64,000 nucleotides of DNA, taken from assembly GCA_050946615.1 (NCBI GenBank), contig JBMNVD010000003.1:4177-68176 (forward strand), in the 5' to 3' direction. The stretch is from Eubacterium sp. Its GTDB lineage: Bacteria > Bacillota > Clostridia > Peptostreptococcales > Anaerovoracaceae. Position numbers and translations under genes: made by a program. Below the pieces are notes generated by a model, which did not search any database, was not told where the DNA came from, and worked only from the letters and a program-made list of their open reading frames with translations. This document shows, piece after piece, positions 1-11,221 of this stretch. Position 1 is the stretch's first letter; each line of letters starts with the position of its first letter.

Positions 1-1660
1 CAGCCGATTCAGTCGAATCGTTCACGGTCGTACCCAGATCCATAGTTGTCTTTTCGAGTTCCTGTATTATGTTGTTTATCTCCACTATCTTGCCTTGGTC
101 TATATTGCTGCCGACCGCGAGATTAGCGTTGTACAGTATCTTCTCAAGTGAATCGTGAACTTCAGAGAGCCTGTTCCTGACTTCCTGCACCTCGAACTCA
201 TCCGCAGCCTTAGACTGAGCCTCTTTGTAATTCAGGAGTTCGGCGTGCGACAGATCTACGTCGAATTCTGAAGTACCGAGTACTACTATCGGATCGTATC
301 CGAGTTTTGATTTAATCAGTTTCGCAAAGTCCTTCTTCGACTGCTCTTCGCCGTGAACGAGGAAAAGCTGCTTCGGCGGGCGCTGGAAACCGGAGATCCA
401 CGAGAAAAGTCCGTTTTGGTCGGCGTGGCCCGAAAATCCTTCCAGGTTGTAGATCTCGGCTTTGACCTGAATATCCTCGCCGAAGAGCGTGACCTCTTTA
501 ACTCCTTCTATCAAAGCGCGTCCGAGCGTGCCCTGAGCCTGATATCCGACAAAAACGATGCTGTTCTTAGGGTCCCAGAGGTTGTGCTTGAGGTGGTGCC
601 TGATGCGGCCCGCTTCGCACATGCCGCTGGCGGAGATGATGACTTTAGGGGTTTTATCAAAGTTCAGCTGTCTGGACTCATCGCTGGTGCGCGTGAACGT
701 CAGGTTCTTGAAATCGAGCGGATTATCGCCGCGCAGGATATACGCTTTCGTCTCCTCGTCGAAATCCTGAGCGTTCCTCTTGAATATCTCCGTGGCGGAA
801 GTCGCCATAGGGCTGTCGACGTAGATGTGTATCTTATCCATCTCGCTGTCGATGTCCTTATGATCAAGATAATATCTGTTGAACTGATAAATCAGTTCCT
901 GCGTGCGTCCCACGGCAAAAGACGGGATGACCACATTGCCTCCGCGGTTTATCGTCTTCAGGACGATGTCGATGAGCTGTTTGACGCTCATCGCGTTTGC
1001 AGGATGGAGCCTGTTGCCGTACGTCGATTCCATTATGACGCAGTCGGCCTTTTTAATGTACGTCGGGTCGCGCAGTATCGGGCGGTTCGTCATTCCGAGG
1101 TCGCCTGAGAAAACGATTTTTTCGGTCTTCCCGCCTTCTGTCACCCACAGTTCTATTATCGCCGAGCCCAAGATATGTCCGGCGTCGTTGAATACGAACT
1201 GCATAACGTCGTTCATCTCGATGAGCTGGTCGTAGAGCACAGGAACGACGAGTTTCAAGGCATCCTCGGCATCTTGTTCCGTATAGAGCGGCTCTACCTG
1301 CTTTCGTCCCGACCTCATAGCCTTGCGGTTCTGCCACTCGGCGTCTTTTTCGTGGATGTACGCGCTGTCTCTGAGCATTATCGAAAGCAAATCCGCCGTA
1401 GCAGTGGTGCAGTAAATCTTTCCGGTAAATCCGCGTTTCACGAGCAAAGGCAGCCTGCCGCAGTGGTCGATATGAGCGTGCGAGAGGATGACCGCCTCTA
1501 TCTTTGTCGGGTCGAACGGGAACGGGTCAAAGTTCATGGCGTCCTGTGCTTTGCCGCCCTGGAACTGCCCGCAGTCGAGAAGTATCTGATGTTCACCGCT
1601 CGTAAGGAGATGGCACGATCCCGTGACACCCGAAGCGGCGCCGCAAAACATGATTTTCAT
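1..1660 (-). CDS. MBL-fold / beta-CASP-type metallo-hydrolase (RNA-metabolising family), 3' end outside the window
   Basis: The minus-strand frame is open from the window edge to the ATG at 1658-1660. It is absent from the ORF track because it runs off the edge. My translation starts MKIMFCGAASGVTGSCHLLTSGEHQILLDCGQF and contains the metallo-beta-lactamase motif SHAHIDHCG. The length exceeds 550 aa. Confidence 0.8.
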   Translation of the reverse strand, partial: MKIMFCGAASGVTGSCHLLTSGEHQILLDCGQFQGGKAQDAMNFDPFPFDPTKIEAVILSHAHIDHCGRLPLLVKRGFTGKIYCTTATADLLSIMLRDSAYIHEKDAEWQNRKAMRSGRKQVEPLYTEQDAEDALKLVVPVLYDQLIEMNDVMQFVFNDAGHILGSAIIELWVTEGGKTEKIVFSGDLGMTNRPILRDPTYIKKADCVIMESTYGNRLHPANAMSVKQLIDIVLKTINRGGNVVIPSFAVGRTQELIYQFNRYYLDHKDIDSEMDKIHIYVDSPMATSATEIFKRNAQDFDEETKAYILRGDNPLDFKNLTFTRTSDESRQLNFDKTPKVIISASGMCEAGRIRHHLKHNLWDPKNSIVFVGYQAQGTLGRALIEGVKEVTLFGEDIQVKAEIYNLEGFSGHADQNGLFSWISGFQRPPKQLFLVHGEEQSKKDFAKLIKSKLGYDPIVVLGTSEFDVDLSHAELLNYKEAQSKAADEFEVQEVRNRLSEVHDSLEKILYNANLAVGSNIDQGKIVEINNIIQELEKTTMDLGTTVNDSTESA

Positions 1661-1704
1661 AAAACATACCCTATTCTTTCAGCAAAACGATAACTAATTA
1701 TTCC

Positions 1705-2277
1705 TTAAATCTTAAGGTTCCAGAGGCTGACCTCTCCGGTGGAGACGATATCGGCTCCGGCTTCGAGAGCCGCTCGCACTTCTTCTTCCGTCTCGATGAT
1801 GCCTCCCGCGATTATCGGCATATCCGCGATTTTCGCGAACTCGCGTATCTTCTTAGTGACCACTCCCGGCATCAATTCGATAATATCCGGCTTTGAAATG
1901 CGCATCGATTCGACAGACGTAGACAGCGAATGCGAGTCAACGAGGAAGAATCGCTGCACGCCGATAAGTCCGCATTCTTTTGCCATCCTCACTATCGTTG
2001 TCCTTGTAGTCAAAACCCCGTCGACACCTTGTTTGGCGATGAATTCGATCCCCGAAGGGTCTTTGCCGATGCCCTCGGCAAAATCGACGTGCAGAAAAAC
2101 TTTCTTTCCTGCGCTGTGTATCTCCTGTACGCTCTGATGGAGCATGTTAATGTTTGAATGAAGCAGAAAAACGACGTCGACGTTAGACCTGAGCGCAGTG
2201 CTGAAATCCTTCTCTGTCCTGATTGCCGCCGCGATTTTTTTGTTTAATAGTGCGGAAACCGCCGGATTGAAACTCAC
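1705..2277 (-). CDS. glpP: Glycerol-3-phosphate responsive antiterminator GlpP family protein
   Basis: The 190-aa protein is co-linear by eye with B. subtilis GlpP (LHVDFAEGIGKD, QRFFLVDSHSL, PIIAGGIIETEEEVRAALEAGADIVST). Its start overlaps the stop of the upstream PHP gene by 4 nt. Confidence 0.8.
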   Translation of the reverse strand: MSFNPAVSALLNKKIAAAIRTEKDFSTALRSNVDVVFLLHSNINMLHQSVQEIHSAGKKVFLHVDFAEGIGKDPSGIEFIAKQGVDGVLTTRTTIVRMAKECGLIGVQRFFLVDSHSLSTSVESMRISKPDIIELMPGVVTKKIREFAKIADMPIIAGGIIETEEEVRAALEAGADIVSTGEVSLWNLKI

Positions 2278-3068
2278 CTGTACCTCCTGTTCTCGTCAAA
2301 ATGTTCGTCGTCGTGAAAATCGGACCCCGTTGTCATGTTGAGATGATATTTCTCGGCCAGTTCCACGAGCGCGAGAGACTGTTCGTGCGTCGCGGAAGGA
2401 TGGAAGCATTCTATCCCCGAGAGCCCCTGCTTTTTCAAATCGGCAATGATCGGCTCTATCCTTTCTTCGAATCCCGGCTCCTCAGGCAAAAGCGCCCTCG
2501 TCTTATACGGATGCGCCAAGACGGGAAGCCCGCCTGCGGCGCGTATGACGCGTATAGCCTCGCGAGACTCTATCATCTGTTTCGGGACATCATCAAAAAG
2601 AGCGAACGGGTCTTCTATCTCAGGAGCTTTGACCCTGATGATACGCACAAGATCAGGTTTCCCGACATATCCTCCGGGCTTGACCGGCAGGTCTTCTTCC
2701 GTGATCCGTATCCCGCGCTCTTTCATTTTCGATATGAATCTGTCGTTGCGGTCTTTCCTGTACTGCCGCAAAAGGCGGCACGTCTCCGCCAGTTCTTCGT
2801 TTTGGCTGTCGATATTATATCCGAGGATGTGGAGCTCGGCGGTCCTGCCGTCGATATCATACGAAGAAGAAAGTTCGATGCCCGGTACCACGCTTATGCC
2901 AAGCGCTTTCCCCGCGACTCTCGCCTCCTCTAAGCCGCCCGTTCCGTCGTGATCTGTTATGGCTATGACGCTGTAGCCGAGTTCCTGAAATTTTTTTACG
3001 ACATCGACGGGTTCGTAGACGCCGTCGGAATAAGTGGTATGAATGTGATAATCTACTTTATAGTCCAT
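2274..3068 (-). CDS. PHP-domain metal-dependent phosphoesterase
   Basis: The N-terminal MDYKVDYHIHTTYSDG and later AITDHD and GSDFH are classic PHP histidinol-phosphatase-type motifs. Length is 264 aa. Confidence 0.85.
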   Translation of the reverse strand: MDYKVDYHIHTTYSDGVYEPVDVVKKFQELGYSVIAITDHDGTGGLEEARVAGKALGISVVPGIELSSSYDIDGRTAELHILGYNIDSQNEELAETCRLLRQYRKDRNDRFISKMKERGIRITEEDLPVKPGGYVGKPDLVRIIRVKAPEIEDPFALFDDVPKQMIESREAIRVIRAAGGLPVLAHPYKTRALLPEEPGFEERIEPIIADLKKQGLSGIECFHPSATHEQSLALVELAEKYHLNMTTGSDFHDDEHFDENRRYR

Positions 3069-3084
3069 CTTAAATCAAGCTGAA

Positions 3085-3753
3085 TCAATCGAAAAAGAGT
3101 TTTTCCTCCCGTGTTATCTGCAGGTGTATGAACAAGAACACGGCTATGGCGATAAGAGCGACTATCAGCGCGAAAGTTCCGGCGACGCTCAGGAAAGACA
3201 TGTCCAGCAGTCGGCCGATTAGCGTATTTTCGCTAAGATCCACTCCGACAAATGTATCATAGAGTTTCCGTACGAAAGTACCGGAACGGAAAAGACCGAA
3301 CATGACCGCGCTGAGTGCAATCGAAACGACAGCCGCAATGACGCCGGCTCTTCTCAGCCAGTCGCGGTATTCTCTTTTCACCAAAACAATATAGTCAACA
3401 ATAAAAACCGCAAGGAAAACAAGCCCTAATATCAACTCGTTCCTCAGCGTTGTCTTTACCTTTGCCATGGCCGCGGAATCCGTTTCGTCGAATACAGGGT
3501 CTTTAAAAGATCCGTTTTCTATATACATCTGGAATTCGCTGCCATCACCCGTGGAGTTCAGATACCCCGCGATGCCGTCAGCCATTTCCGAGCCGTACAT
3601 GTCGATGCCCAGATCGTCGATGACTTCGGTGTCGTTAAAATGATATACATACGTTGCAGGTATCCTGAGTACGATATTCGAACACAGAAGTACTATCGCC
3701 AGCGGCATCGAGATGCATAAGATCAGACGGCAAGCACGCATGAAATGATACAT
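3085..3753 (-). CDS. Integral membrane protein, possibly TIGR01906/DUF1461-like
   Basis: The 222-aa protein has an N-terminal TM segment, a soluble middle part and 3-4 C-terminal TM segments. The family assignment is only a recollection of this architecture. Confidence 0.45.
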   Translation of the reverse strand: MYHFMRACRLILCISMPLAIVLLCSNIVLRIPATYVYHFNDTEVIDDLGIDMYGSEMADGIAGYLNSTGDGSEFQMYIENGSFKDPVFDETDSAAMAKVKTTLRNELILGLVFLAVFIVDYIVLVKREYRDWLRRAGVIAAVVSIALSAVMFGLFRSGTFVRKLYDTFVGVDLSENTLIGRLLDMSFLSVAGTFALIVALIAIAVFLFIHLQITREEKLFFD

Positions 3754-3756
3754 GTG

Positions 3757-4320
3757 TTATCCTTCCAGAAAACTGATGTAAGGCAGGTTCCTGTACTTCT
3801 GGTCGTAATCAAGTCCGTATCCGACGATGAAAATATCGTCTACCGTGAAACCGGTATAATCAGGCTTTATGTCGGCTATACGCCTCGAAGGCTTGTCAAG
3901 CATCGTGCATATCCTGACACTCTTCGGGTTCCTCTCCTCGAGATACGATTTGAGAAACTTCAAAGTCGTTCCCGTGTCTACGATGTCTTCGACGATCAGG
4001 ACGTTCTTATTGAAAAGGTCCATGTTTACGTCTTTTGTGACTTTAACGACGCCGCTCGTACTCGTTCCCGAGCCGTAGCTGCTCGCGGAGATGAAATCTA
4101 TCTGAGTGTCGAGATCTATGTTCTTGGTAAGGTCAGCCATCCACAAAAACGCGCCTTTCAGCGTGCAGAGGATGACGAGTTCTTCGCCTTCGTAGTCTTT
4201 TGTTATCTGTTTTCCAAGTTCTTTTGCTCTTTTACGGATGTCTTCCTCCGTATAGAGTATCTTTCCGACAGTGACTGTGCCGGCTCCCTGTTTCCTGCTT
4301 GAAGTCATTGTATGCCTCAC
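3757..4320 (-). CDS. hpt: Hypoxanthine phosphoribosyltransferase
   Basis: The PRPP-binding motif VLIVEDIVDTGTTL and the typical Hpt flanks (ILCTLKGAFLWMADL, DFISASSYG) are present. Length is 187 aa. Confidence 0.9.
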   Translation of the reverse strand: MRHTMTSSRKQGAGTVTVGKILYTEEDIRKRAKELGKQITKDYEGEELVILCTLKGAFLWMADLTKNIDLDTQIDFISASSYGSGTSTSGVVKVTKDVNMDLFNKNVLIVEDIVDTGTTLKFLKSYLEERNPKSVRICTMLDKPSRRIADIKPDYTGFTVDDIFIVGYGLDYDQKYRNLPYISFLEG

Positions 4321-4349
4321 AAGTTTTCTAATATATATAGATATTACAC

Positions 4350-4377
4350 CAAAAGCGGCACTGTGTCACGTGCCGCT
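4350..4377 (-). terminator. Rho-independent terminator after engB
   Basis: An 8-bp stem AGCGGCAC/GTGCCGCT is followed by a U-run on the minus strand. Confidence 0.6.
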
Positions 4378-4390
4378 CTATATGTCTGCA

Positions 4391-4984
4391 TTATTTAACT
4401 TTAAGCCTGTTCTCTATCGCATCGAGCAGATCGGCTTTGCCAGTCTTTTTTAAGGACGATACGGGGATGACCAGATCCTCCGGTGAAAGCGCAAGCGTTT
4501 TTCTGATGACCGCAATGTTCTTCGCCCGCACGTTGCCGGAAACTTTATCCGCTTTTGTCGCCGCGACGATCCCGTGAAGGCCGTATGCCCTGAGATAATC
4601 GTACATCATTATGTCTAGTTTTGTCGGCTCATGCCTGATATCGACGAGCAAAACAGCACCTTTGATGTTTTCGCTGTTCTCAAAGAATTCGTCCATCATC
4701 GAGCCCCACGAATCTGTCACGTCGCGGGCGATTTTCGCGTATCCGTACCCGGGAAGGTCGACGAATCTGAAAGACTCGTTTATCAAATAATAGTTGATGG
4801 TCCTCGTCTTTCCGGGTTCAGCGCTCACGCGGGCGAGGTTCCTGCGGTTGCAGAGAAAGTTTAATAGCGACGATTTCCCGACGTTCGACCTGCCTGTGAA
4901 AACGATCTCGGGCAGGCCGTCTTTGGGGAATCCGCTTTTGTTTACGGCAGCCGTTTCAAAGACGGCGCTTGTAATGTTGAACAT
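4391..4984 (-). CDS. engB: Ribosome biogenesis GTP-binding protein YsxC/EngB
   Basis: The G1 motif [12 protein letters not shown] and G3 DLPGYG are present. Length is 197 aa, and the gene sits in the conserved position after lon. Confidence 0.9.
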   Translation of the reverse strand: MFNITSAVFETAAVNKSGFPKDGLPEIVFTGRSNVGKSSLLNFLCNRRNLARVSAEPGKTRTINYYLINESFRFVDLPGYGYAKIARDVTDSWGSMMDEFFENSENIKGAVLLVDIRHEPTKLDIMMYDYLRAYGLHGIVAATKADKVSGNVRAKNIAVIRKTLALSPEDLVIPVSSLKKTGKADLLDAIENRLKVK

Positions 4985-5038
4985 CTCTGTCTCCGTTTCT
5001 GTCTCTGTTTACGCCTTCTCTGAGCATGAGCCTTCTGC

Positions 5039-7378
5039 TCACCGGTCGAGCGCTTCGGGGAGTGTTTCCTTGGCGAATTCCAAAGGTACGAAAGTAAGTT
5101 CCTTGCGGACGGACTCAGGTATCTCCTCGGTGTCTGCCATGTTTTCCTTCGGAAGCAGTATCTTTTTGATTCCCGCGCGATGTGCCGCGAGGACTTTTTC
5201 TTTGATGCCGCCGACAGGCAGTACTTTGCCGCGCAGCGTTATCTCACCGGTCATGGCGACATCCTTCTTCACCGGAGTGTCCGTCAAAGCCGATACTGCG
5301 GAAGTAAAGATAGTGACTCCTGCCGAAGGGCCGTCTTTAGGCACCGCGCCTTCCGGTACGTGGATGTGGATGTCCTTGTTCTTATAGAAATCGCTGTCGA
5401 TGCCCAATTCGTCCGCTATAGAACGGATATAACTGATGCCCGTCCTTGCCGATTCCTGCATGACATCTCCTAACTGCCCCGTAAGCGACAGTTTTCCCGT
5501 GCCGCGGAGTACTGCCGTCTCTATCGAAAGCGTCTCACCTCCGACTTCGGTCCATGCCATTCCTGTCACGACGCCGACTTCGCTCTTGCCCTCAATAATA
5601 TCGTAGTGGAATTTCTTTTTCCCGAGATATTTTTCGAGGTTGTTCTCGGTAATGCGGAACGATTTTTTGCCGTCCATGACTTCGGCCATGGCGACTTTGC
5701 GGCATATGCCGCCTATCTCGCGTTCGAGGTTGCGGACGCCCGATTCTCTAGTGTAGTAGTTGATTATCGCGCGAAGGACCTTCTCCGAAATGTGCAGCGT
5801 TCCCTCGCCGATGCCGTTTTCTTTTTCCTGCTTCGGAATGAGATATCTCTGGGCAATCTTGACCTTGTCTTCCTCAGTGTAGCCGGTGACTTCGATTACC
5901 TCCATCCTGTCTAAGAGCGGACGCGGTATGGTGTCGAGCGTGTTTGCCGTAGTGATGAACAAAACTTTCGACAGATCAAACGGCACTTCGAGGAAGTGGT
6001 CGGTGAATGTCTTGTTCTGTTCCGGATCGAGCACTTCGAGCAGAGCCGAAGAAGGGTCGCCGCGGTAATCTGCACCGACCTTGTCGATTTCATCGAACAG
6101 GAAGACCGGATTGTTCGTTCCGACTTCTTTGATGCTGTTTATGATGCGCCCCGGGATGGCTCCGATATAAGTTCTCCTGTGGCCTCTTATCTCCGCTTCG
6201 TCGCGCACGCCGCCCAGCGACATGCGGATGAATTCTCTGCCTGTTGCGCGGGCTATCGATTTCGCGATGGATGTCTTTCCCGTCCCCGGAGGTCCCACAA
6301 GACAGAGGATAGGTCCTCTGATGGCCTTTGAGAGATGTATGACGGCCAGATATTCGAGGACACGCTGTTTTACTTTCTTAAGGCCGTAGTGATCTTCTTC
6401 GAGTATCTTTTCGGCCTTTTTCAGGTCTGTGTTGACTTTGCTCGATTTCCTCCAAGGCAGATCGAGAATGGTCTCTACGTAATTCCTGACTACCGCGCTC
6501 TCCGCCGATGAAGGTACCATGCGGGCATATTTGTCTATCTCTTTGCGGATTTTTTCGTCTATCTTCTTGTCGAGTTTGAGTTTATCGAGTTTAGCCGTCC
6601 ACTCGTCCACGTCTTTGGAAACGTCTTCGTCGTCTCCGAGTTCCTCTTGTATCGCATGCATCTTTTCCTTCAGGAAATATTCCTTCTGGTTCATGTCGAC
6701 GTTCTCTTTGACGCGCTGAGCGAGCTCTTTCTCCATAGCGGATATCTCGTTTTCCTCTGTTATGATAGCGATAAGGCATTCCAGCCTCTCGGAAAATGAG
6801 AGTTCTTCGAGTATCTGCTGTTTTTTCGCGGTGTCTACGTCGATGATGGTCGCTATGCTGTCTACGAGGACGAGAGGGTCTCTTTCCGCCAAAGTCTTTT
6901 CCAGCAGTTCGTCGGAGACGTTCTGCGAAAGCGACGCGTATTCCACGAATTTTTCGTCGAGGACCCTGAGCGCAGCTTTATCTCTTGTCGAAAGGTCGTC
7001 AGGTCTTATCTTTTCATTGATGATATCCGCGCTGCATGCTAAAAATGCGCCTCCTTCGGCTGTGACGCCGATTCTGGCTCTCGATTCACCGGTCACGAGG
7101 ACTCTGATGGAATCCCCGCTGATTTTAAGCATCTGTTTTACTTTTACGATAGTGCCTATCTGATATATGTCGTCAAACGTAGGGATGAGCACCGATTCGT
7201 CTTTCTGCGCCGATACGAGCATTACTCTGTCGCCCGCCATGGCGGCCTCGAGCGCTTTTATGGATTTTGTTCTCCCAATATCGAAATGAACAGCCGTATT
7301 CGGGAAAATCGTCATTCCGCGCAGAGGCACACACGGATACATGCGCATCTCTTCTGATTTAGTGATTCCTTCTGCCAT
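5039..7378 (-). CDS. lon: ATP-dependent Lon protease (endopeptidase La)
   Basis: The 779-aa protein has Walker [10 protein letters not shown] and the Lon protease catalytic region [10 protein letters not shown] ... [14 protein letters not shown]. Confidence 0.95.
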   Translation of the reverse strand: MAEGITKSEEMRMYPCVPLRGMTIFPNTAVHFDIGRTKSIKALEAAMAGDRVMLVSAQKDESVLIPTFDDIYQIGTIVKVKQMLKISGDSIRVLVTGESRARIGVTAEGGAFLACSADIINEKIRPDDLSTRDKAALRVLDEKFVEYASLSQNVSDELLEKTLAERDPLVLVDSIATIIDVDTAKKQQILEELSFSERLECLIAIITEENEISAMEKELAQRVKENVDMNQKEYFLKEKMHAIQEELGDDEDVSKDVDEWTAKLDKLKLDKKIDEKIRKEIDKYARMVPSSAESAVVRNYVETILDLPWRKSSKVNTDLKKAEKILEEDHYGLKKVKQRVLEYLAVIHLSKAIRGPILCLVGPPGTGKTSIAKSIARATGREFIRMSLGGVRDEAEIRGHRRTYIGAIPGRIINSIKEVGTNNPVFLFDEIDKVGADYRGDPSSALLEVLDPEQNKTFTDHFLEVPFDLSKVLFITTANTLDTIPRPLLDRMEVIEVTGYTEEDKVKIAQRYLIPKQEKENGIGEGTLHISEKVLRAIINYYTRESGVRNLEREIGGICRKVAMAEVMDGKKSFRITENNLEKYLGKKKFHYDIIEGKSEVGVVTGMAWTEVGGETLSIETAVLRGTGKLSLTGQLGDVMQESARTGISYIRSIADELGIDSDFYKNKDIHIHVPEGAVPKDGPSAGVTIFTSAVSALTDTPVKKDVAMTGEITLRGKVLPVGGIKEKVLAAHRAGIKKILLPKENMADTEEIPESVRKELTFVPLEFAKETLPEALDR

Positions 7379-7448
7379 TTCCTGCTCCTATGTAAATAAT
7401 CAAACTGGCGGCTTTAGATAAGCCGCCGGCTGTCTGGTCAGCCTGATG

Positions 7449-8798
7449 TCAGGCTTCTTTTTTTGCTGTTTGCTTTTTCGCCGCGGCTTTTGCCTGCGTT
7501 TTGTTCAGCTTCTGCTTTGCAGATGCTGCTGGCGCTTTTTCCGTCGTGATAAGTTCGGGACGGCGGCCGCGGTCTATCGTGTCCTTGGTGATGACGCATT
7601 TCTTGACGTTGTCGCGAGACGGTATCTCGAACATGCTGTCGTCCATTGCTTTTTCAAAGATGCTGCGCAGTCCGCGCGCGCCTATTTTGTGTTCGGCGGC
7701 TTTATTCGCTATTGCGCGAAGAGCGCCATCCGTGATGTCAAGTTCCACACCGTCCAGCGCCAAAAGTTTTCTGTACTGTTTCACGAGAGCGTTTTTCGGT
7801 TTCGTCAAGATCTCCATCAGCGCATCCGTATCCAGATCGTCGAGGGTGACGACCACAGGAAGCCTTCCGATGAATTCCGGAATGAGGCCGTATTTCAGGA
7901 GATCGCCCGGTTCCAAAAAGAGAAGCGGGTCTTCGACTTCCTTCTTGATCTCGCCGTTCTCGGTGTTGAAACCGATGACTTTCTCGCCTATTCGGCGTTT
8001 TACGATGGTGTCCAGCCCGTCAAAAGCGCCGCCGCATATAAAGAGTACATTCGTCGTATCGAACTGGATGAACTCCTGCTGAGGGTGCTTGCGGCCGCCC
8101 TGCGGCGGAACGTTGGCGACGGTCCCCTCGATTATCTTCAGGAGGGCCTGCTGGACTCCTTCTCCGCTCACATCTCGCGTGATGGAAACGTTCTCTGATT
8201 TGCGCGCTATCTTGTCGATTTCGTCGACGTAGATGATTCCGCGCTCGGCGCGCTCCAGATCCCAGTCTGCCGCCTGGAGAAGCCGGAGCAGGATGTTCTC
8301 TACATCTTCGCCGACATAACCCGCTTCGGTCAGCGACGTGGCGTCCGCTATCGCAAAAGGTACGTCGAGTATCTTTGCGAGAGACTGCGCGATGAGTGTT
8401 TTGCCGCAGCCCGTAGGTCCGACCATCAGGATATTGCTTTTCTGAAGTTCTACGTCGTCGGCATCTGCTTTATCAAGCGCGTTGATTCTTTTATAATGGT
8501 TGTATACCGCAACCGAGAGTGCTTTTTTTGCGCGGTCCTGTCCGATGACATATTCGGACAGATAGTCGTAGATTTCTTTCGGTTTTGGCGGATTCTTATA
8601 GACAGGCTGGTTTTTCGGTTCCTCTAAAGGAGGCTGATTGACATCAGGGATATCCATGAGGATCTGATGGCACATCTCGACGCACTGGTCGCAGATGTAC
8701 ACACCCGGTCCGGCTATAAGGCGTTTTACTTCGCTCCGTTCTTTACCGCAGAACGAACAGCGCATGTCGTCGCCGATATTGCTGCTTTTTCTGGTCAT
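7449..8798 (-). CDS. clpX: ATP-dependent Clp protease ATP-binding subunit ClpX
   Basis: It has the N-terminal zinc finger CSFCGK...CDQC, Walker A GPTGCGKT and the IGF-like loop region. The 449-aa protein ends in a Lys/Ala-rich tail. Confidence 0.95.
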   Translation of the reverse strand: MTRKSSNIGDDMRCSFCGKERSEVKRLIAGPGVYICDQCVEMCHQILMDIPDVNQPPLEEPKNQPVYKNPPKPKEIYDYLSEYVIGQDRAKKALSVAVYNHYKRINALDKADADDVELQKSNILMVGPTGCGKTLIAQSLAKILDVPFAIADATSLTEAGYVGEDVENILLRLLQAADWDLERAERGIIYVDEIDKIARKSENVSITRDVSGEGVQQALLKIIEGTVANVPPQGGRKHPQQEFIQFDTTNVLFICGGAFDGLDTIVKRRIGEKVIGFNTENGEIKKEVEDPLLFLEPGDLLKYGLIPEFIGRLPVVVTLDDLDTDALMEILTKPKNALVKQYRKLLALDGVELDITDGALRAIANKAAEHKIGARGLRSIFEKAMDDSMFEIPSRDNVKKCVITKDTIDRGRRPELITTEKAPAASAKQKLNKTQAKAAAKKQTAKKEA

Positions 8799-8963
8799 CT
8801 ATATAGTTATACCTCTATTCTTTACCCTTTTTTCTTAACCTTTTTTTCAGCGCGGCATCAAAGTGCTATGGCCGCATCAAGGTGCTATGCCGTGGCAAAA
8901 TGCTTGAACGCATCAAATTACACTTCCGCACCAATGTGCAGCACATGGCTCACACGTTCGCGC

Positions 8964-9542
8964 TCACCTGCGAATGACTGAGTCAACGAGACCGTATTCT
9001 TTGGCCTCGTCTGCAGTCATGAAATAATCTCTTTCGGTGTCCGCTTCTATTGTCTTAATATTCTTACCCGTATTTTCGGATAGAATTCGGTTGAGATTCT
9101 TTTTTGTTCTCAATATCCAGTCGGCATGGATAGCGATGTCGGTCGCCTGACCTGACGCTCCTCCCAGAGGCTGATGTATCATGACCTCTGAGTTAGGCAG
9201 CGCATATCTCTTGCCTTTGCATCCTGAAGAGAGCAGCAGAGCGGCCATGCTCGCCGCACTGCCGATGCAGATGGTAGATACGTCGGACTTAATGTAGTTC
9301 ATGGTATCGTAGATCGCAAGTCCCGCGGTGACCATGCCTCCCGGGCTGTCGATATAAAGGCTGATGTCTTTTTTGTTATCCTCGGCGTCGAGGAAAAGAA
9401 GCTGCGCGACGACAGCGCTCGACACATCCTCGTTTATCTCGCCTGTTAGTATTATGATCCTGTCCTTCAGCAGTCTTGAGTAAATGTCGTACTGACGCTC
9501 ACCGCGGCTTGTCTGTTCTACTACATAAGGGATCAAGTTCAT
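8964..9542 (-). CDS. clpP: ATP-dependent Clp protease proteolytic subunit ClpP
   Basis: The 192-aa protein has [15 protein letters not shown] and the catalytic context [11 protein letters not shown] and MIHQPLGG. Confidence 0.95.
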   Translation of the reverse strand: MNLIPYVVEQTSRGERQYDIYSRLLKDRIIILTGEINEDVSSAVVAQLLFLDAEDNKKDISLYIDSPGGMVTAGLAIYDTMNYIKSDVSTICIGSAASMAALLLSSGCKGKRYALPNSEVMIHQPLGGASGQATDIAIHADWILRTKKNLNRILSENTGKNIKTIEADTERDYFMTADEAKEYGLVDSVIRR

Positions 9543-10985
9543 TTATTTATTATCCTCTTCCGCTTTTTCCTCGGCCTTTTCTCCGGCTTTCTCGGCTTCC
9601 GCTTCGGCCTTTTCCGTGGCTTCTTTGTTTTCTTCCTTCACTTTTGCGGATTTTTCGGCCATTTCCTTCTCGGCTCTTGCTTTTGCTTCCTCGGCCGAGA
9701 TGTTCACGACCTCCGCGTTGTCATAGAGGAAGTCCATGACCTTTGTCATCGTGATGTCTTTAGTGAAATATTTGAGACCGTCCTCGCCGAGCATGGTCTT
9801 TACTTCGTCTGAAGTCGTCTTATATGCGTCCGCAAGTTTCTGGACTTCTGCGTCGAGGTCCTCGTCTGTCGCCTTGATGTTTTCCTTTTCGCCGATGGAT
9901 CTGAGGACTATTCTCGTGGCGACTCTCTTTGCGGCTTCCGCTCTCATCTCATCCTTAAAGTCGTCCATCGTCTTGCCGGTGTACTTGAGATAGAGATCGA
10001 AGTTGAGACCCTGTGTGCGCAGATTCTGGTCGATTTCCCTTGCCATGCTGTTCAGTTCGTCTTCGACCATCGAAAGAGGAGCATCTGTTTTGTTCGCTTC
10101 GAAAACCTTTTCGATAAGGGAATCCTTTGCGGCGTTTTCGGATCTGATGTCGGCAGTCTCCTGAAGTCTGTCGAGAGTCGCTTTCCTGAGTTCTTCGAGG
10201 GTGTCGTACTCGCTCGTGTCCTTGGCAAAATCGTCGTTGAGTTCAGGGAGCTGTTCTTCGCGCACTTCATGCACGGTGCAGTGGAAAACGGCGTCCTTGC
10301 CCGCGAGGCTCTTTTCGCCGTAATCTTCAGGGAAAGTCACTTTTACGTCGACATCTTCTCCTGCCTTTGCTCCGATGAGTTGATCTTCAAATCCCGGAAT
10401 AAATGTTCCGGATCCGATCTTGAGCTGCTGGTTCTCTGCGGTGCCGCCTTCGAACTGATCGTCACCGACAAAACCCTTATAGTCGAGCGTAACGGTATCG
10501 CCGTCCTTGACTTCTCTCTCGACTTCGACCATGCGGGAATTTCTCTTCTGCATGTTCTCGAGTTCACGTTTTACGTCGTCGTCTGTTATCTTTTCTTCGA
10601 CGCGCTCTACTTTTATACCCTTATAGTTATCTACATCAACTACAGGATAGATAGGAACTTCGATAGTTATTTCAAGAGGTTTTCCGTGTCCGATGTCGCT
10701 GAAATCAGCGTTTGGCGAATCGATAGGCTCTAAGTCCAGCTCGTCAAGCGCCTTCGCATACCCGCCCTGAAGGAGGTTGTCGATAGCGTCTTCAAAGAAA
10801 ACGCCTTCACCGTAGTGCTTTTCGATGATGCTTCTCGGCGCTTTGCCCGGCCTGAATCCGTTGATATTATATTTGCTTTTATTTTTCTGATAAGCTTCGA
10901 CTACCGCGCCGTCGAATTCATCGGCGTCGAAATAGATCGTGAATTTCGCGTTGTTGTTGTCTCTGGAAATAAGTGTTGCCTTCAT
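9543..10985 (-). CDS. tig: Trigger factor
   Basis: The N-terminal ribosome-binding motif GFRPGKAP and a central FKBP-like domain are present, in the conserved tig-clpP-clpX order. There is an acidic Glu/Lys/Ala C-terminal tail. Confidence 0.95.
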   Translation of the reverse strand: MKATLISRDNNNAKFTIYFDADEFDGAVVEAYQKNKSKYNINGFRPGKAPRSIIEKHYGEGVFFEDAIDNLLQGGYAKALDELDLEPIDSPNADFSDIGHGKPLEITIEVPIYPVVDVDNYKGIKVERVEEKITDDDVKRELENMQKRNSRMVEVEREVKDGDTVTLDYKGFVGDDQFEGGTAENQQLKIGSGTFIPGFEDQLIGAKAGEDVDVKVTFPEDYGEKSLAGKDAVFHCTVHEVREEQLPELNDDFAKDTSEYDTLEELRKATLDRLQETADIRSENAAKDSLIEKVFEANKTDAPLSMVEDELNSMAREIDQNLRTQGLNFDLYLKYTGKTMDDFKDEMRAEAAKRVATRIVLRSIGEKENIKATDEDLDAEVQKLADAYKTTSDEVKTMLGEDGLKYFTKDITMTKVMDFLYDNAEVVNISAEEAKARAEKEMAEKSAKVKEENKEATEKAEAEAEKAGEKAEEKAEEDNK

Positions 10986-11163
10986 TTTCGGGTACTCCTC
11001 TCAAAATGCGTTTTCTTGATTATAATCTTGCATCCGCGTCAATTACGCGGCGATTTTCGTGGTCTCCCGCGCGCTTAAGTTCTGCGCGGTCAGACAGGTA
11101 TTATACCATTTTAATCATGTCTTGTAAAGGAAAACGAACGCTTGACGCTGTCCGGCGAAGCGT

Positions 11164-11190
11164 GAAAAAACCGCGCTGCGGCGCGGTTTA
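11164..11190 (-). terminator. Rho-independent terminator after the CYTH gene
   Basis: The minus strand reads AAACCGCGC-CGCA-GCGCGGTTT followed by TTTT. Confidence 0.7.
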
Positions 11191-11221
11191 ATGTCTCGCT
11201 TCTGTCATATTCTGCGAATTT

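Noticed and set aside
353-1693. Plus-strand ORFs of 251 aa and 172 aa at the left edge
   Set aside because: Both lie antisense to the minus-strand MBL/beta-CASP gene. That gene has a clear HxHxDH motif and an open frame to the window edge.
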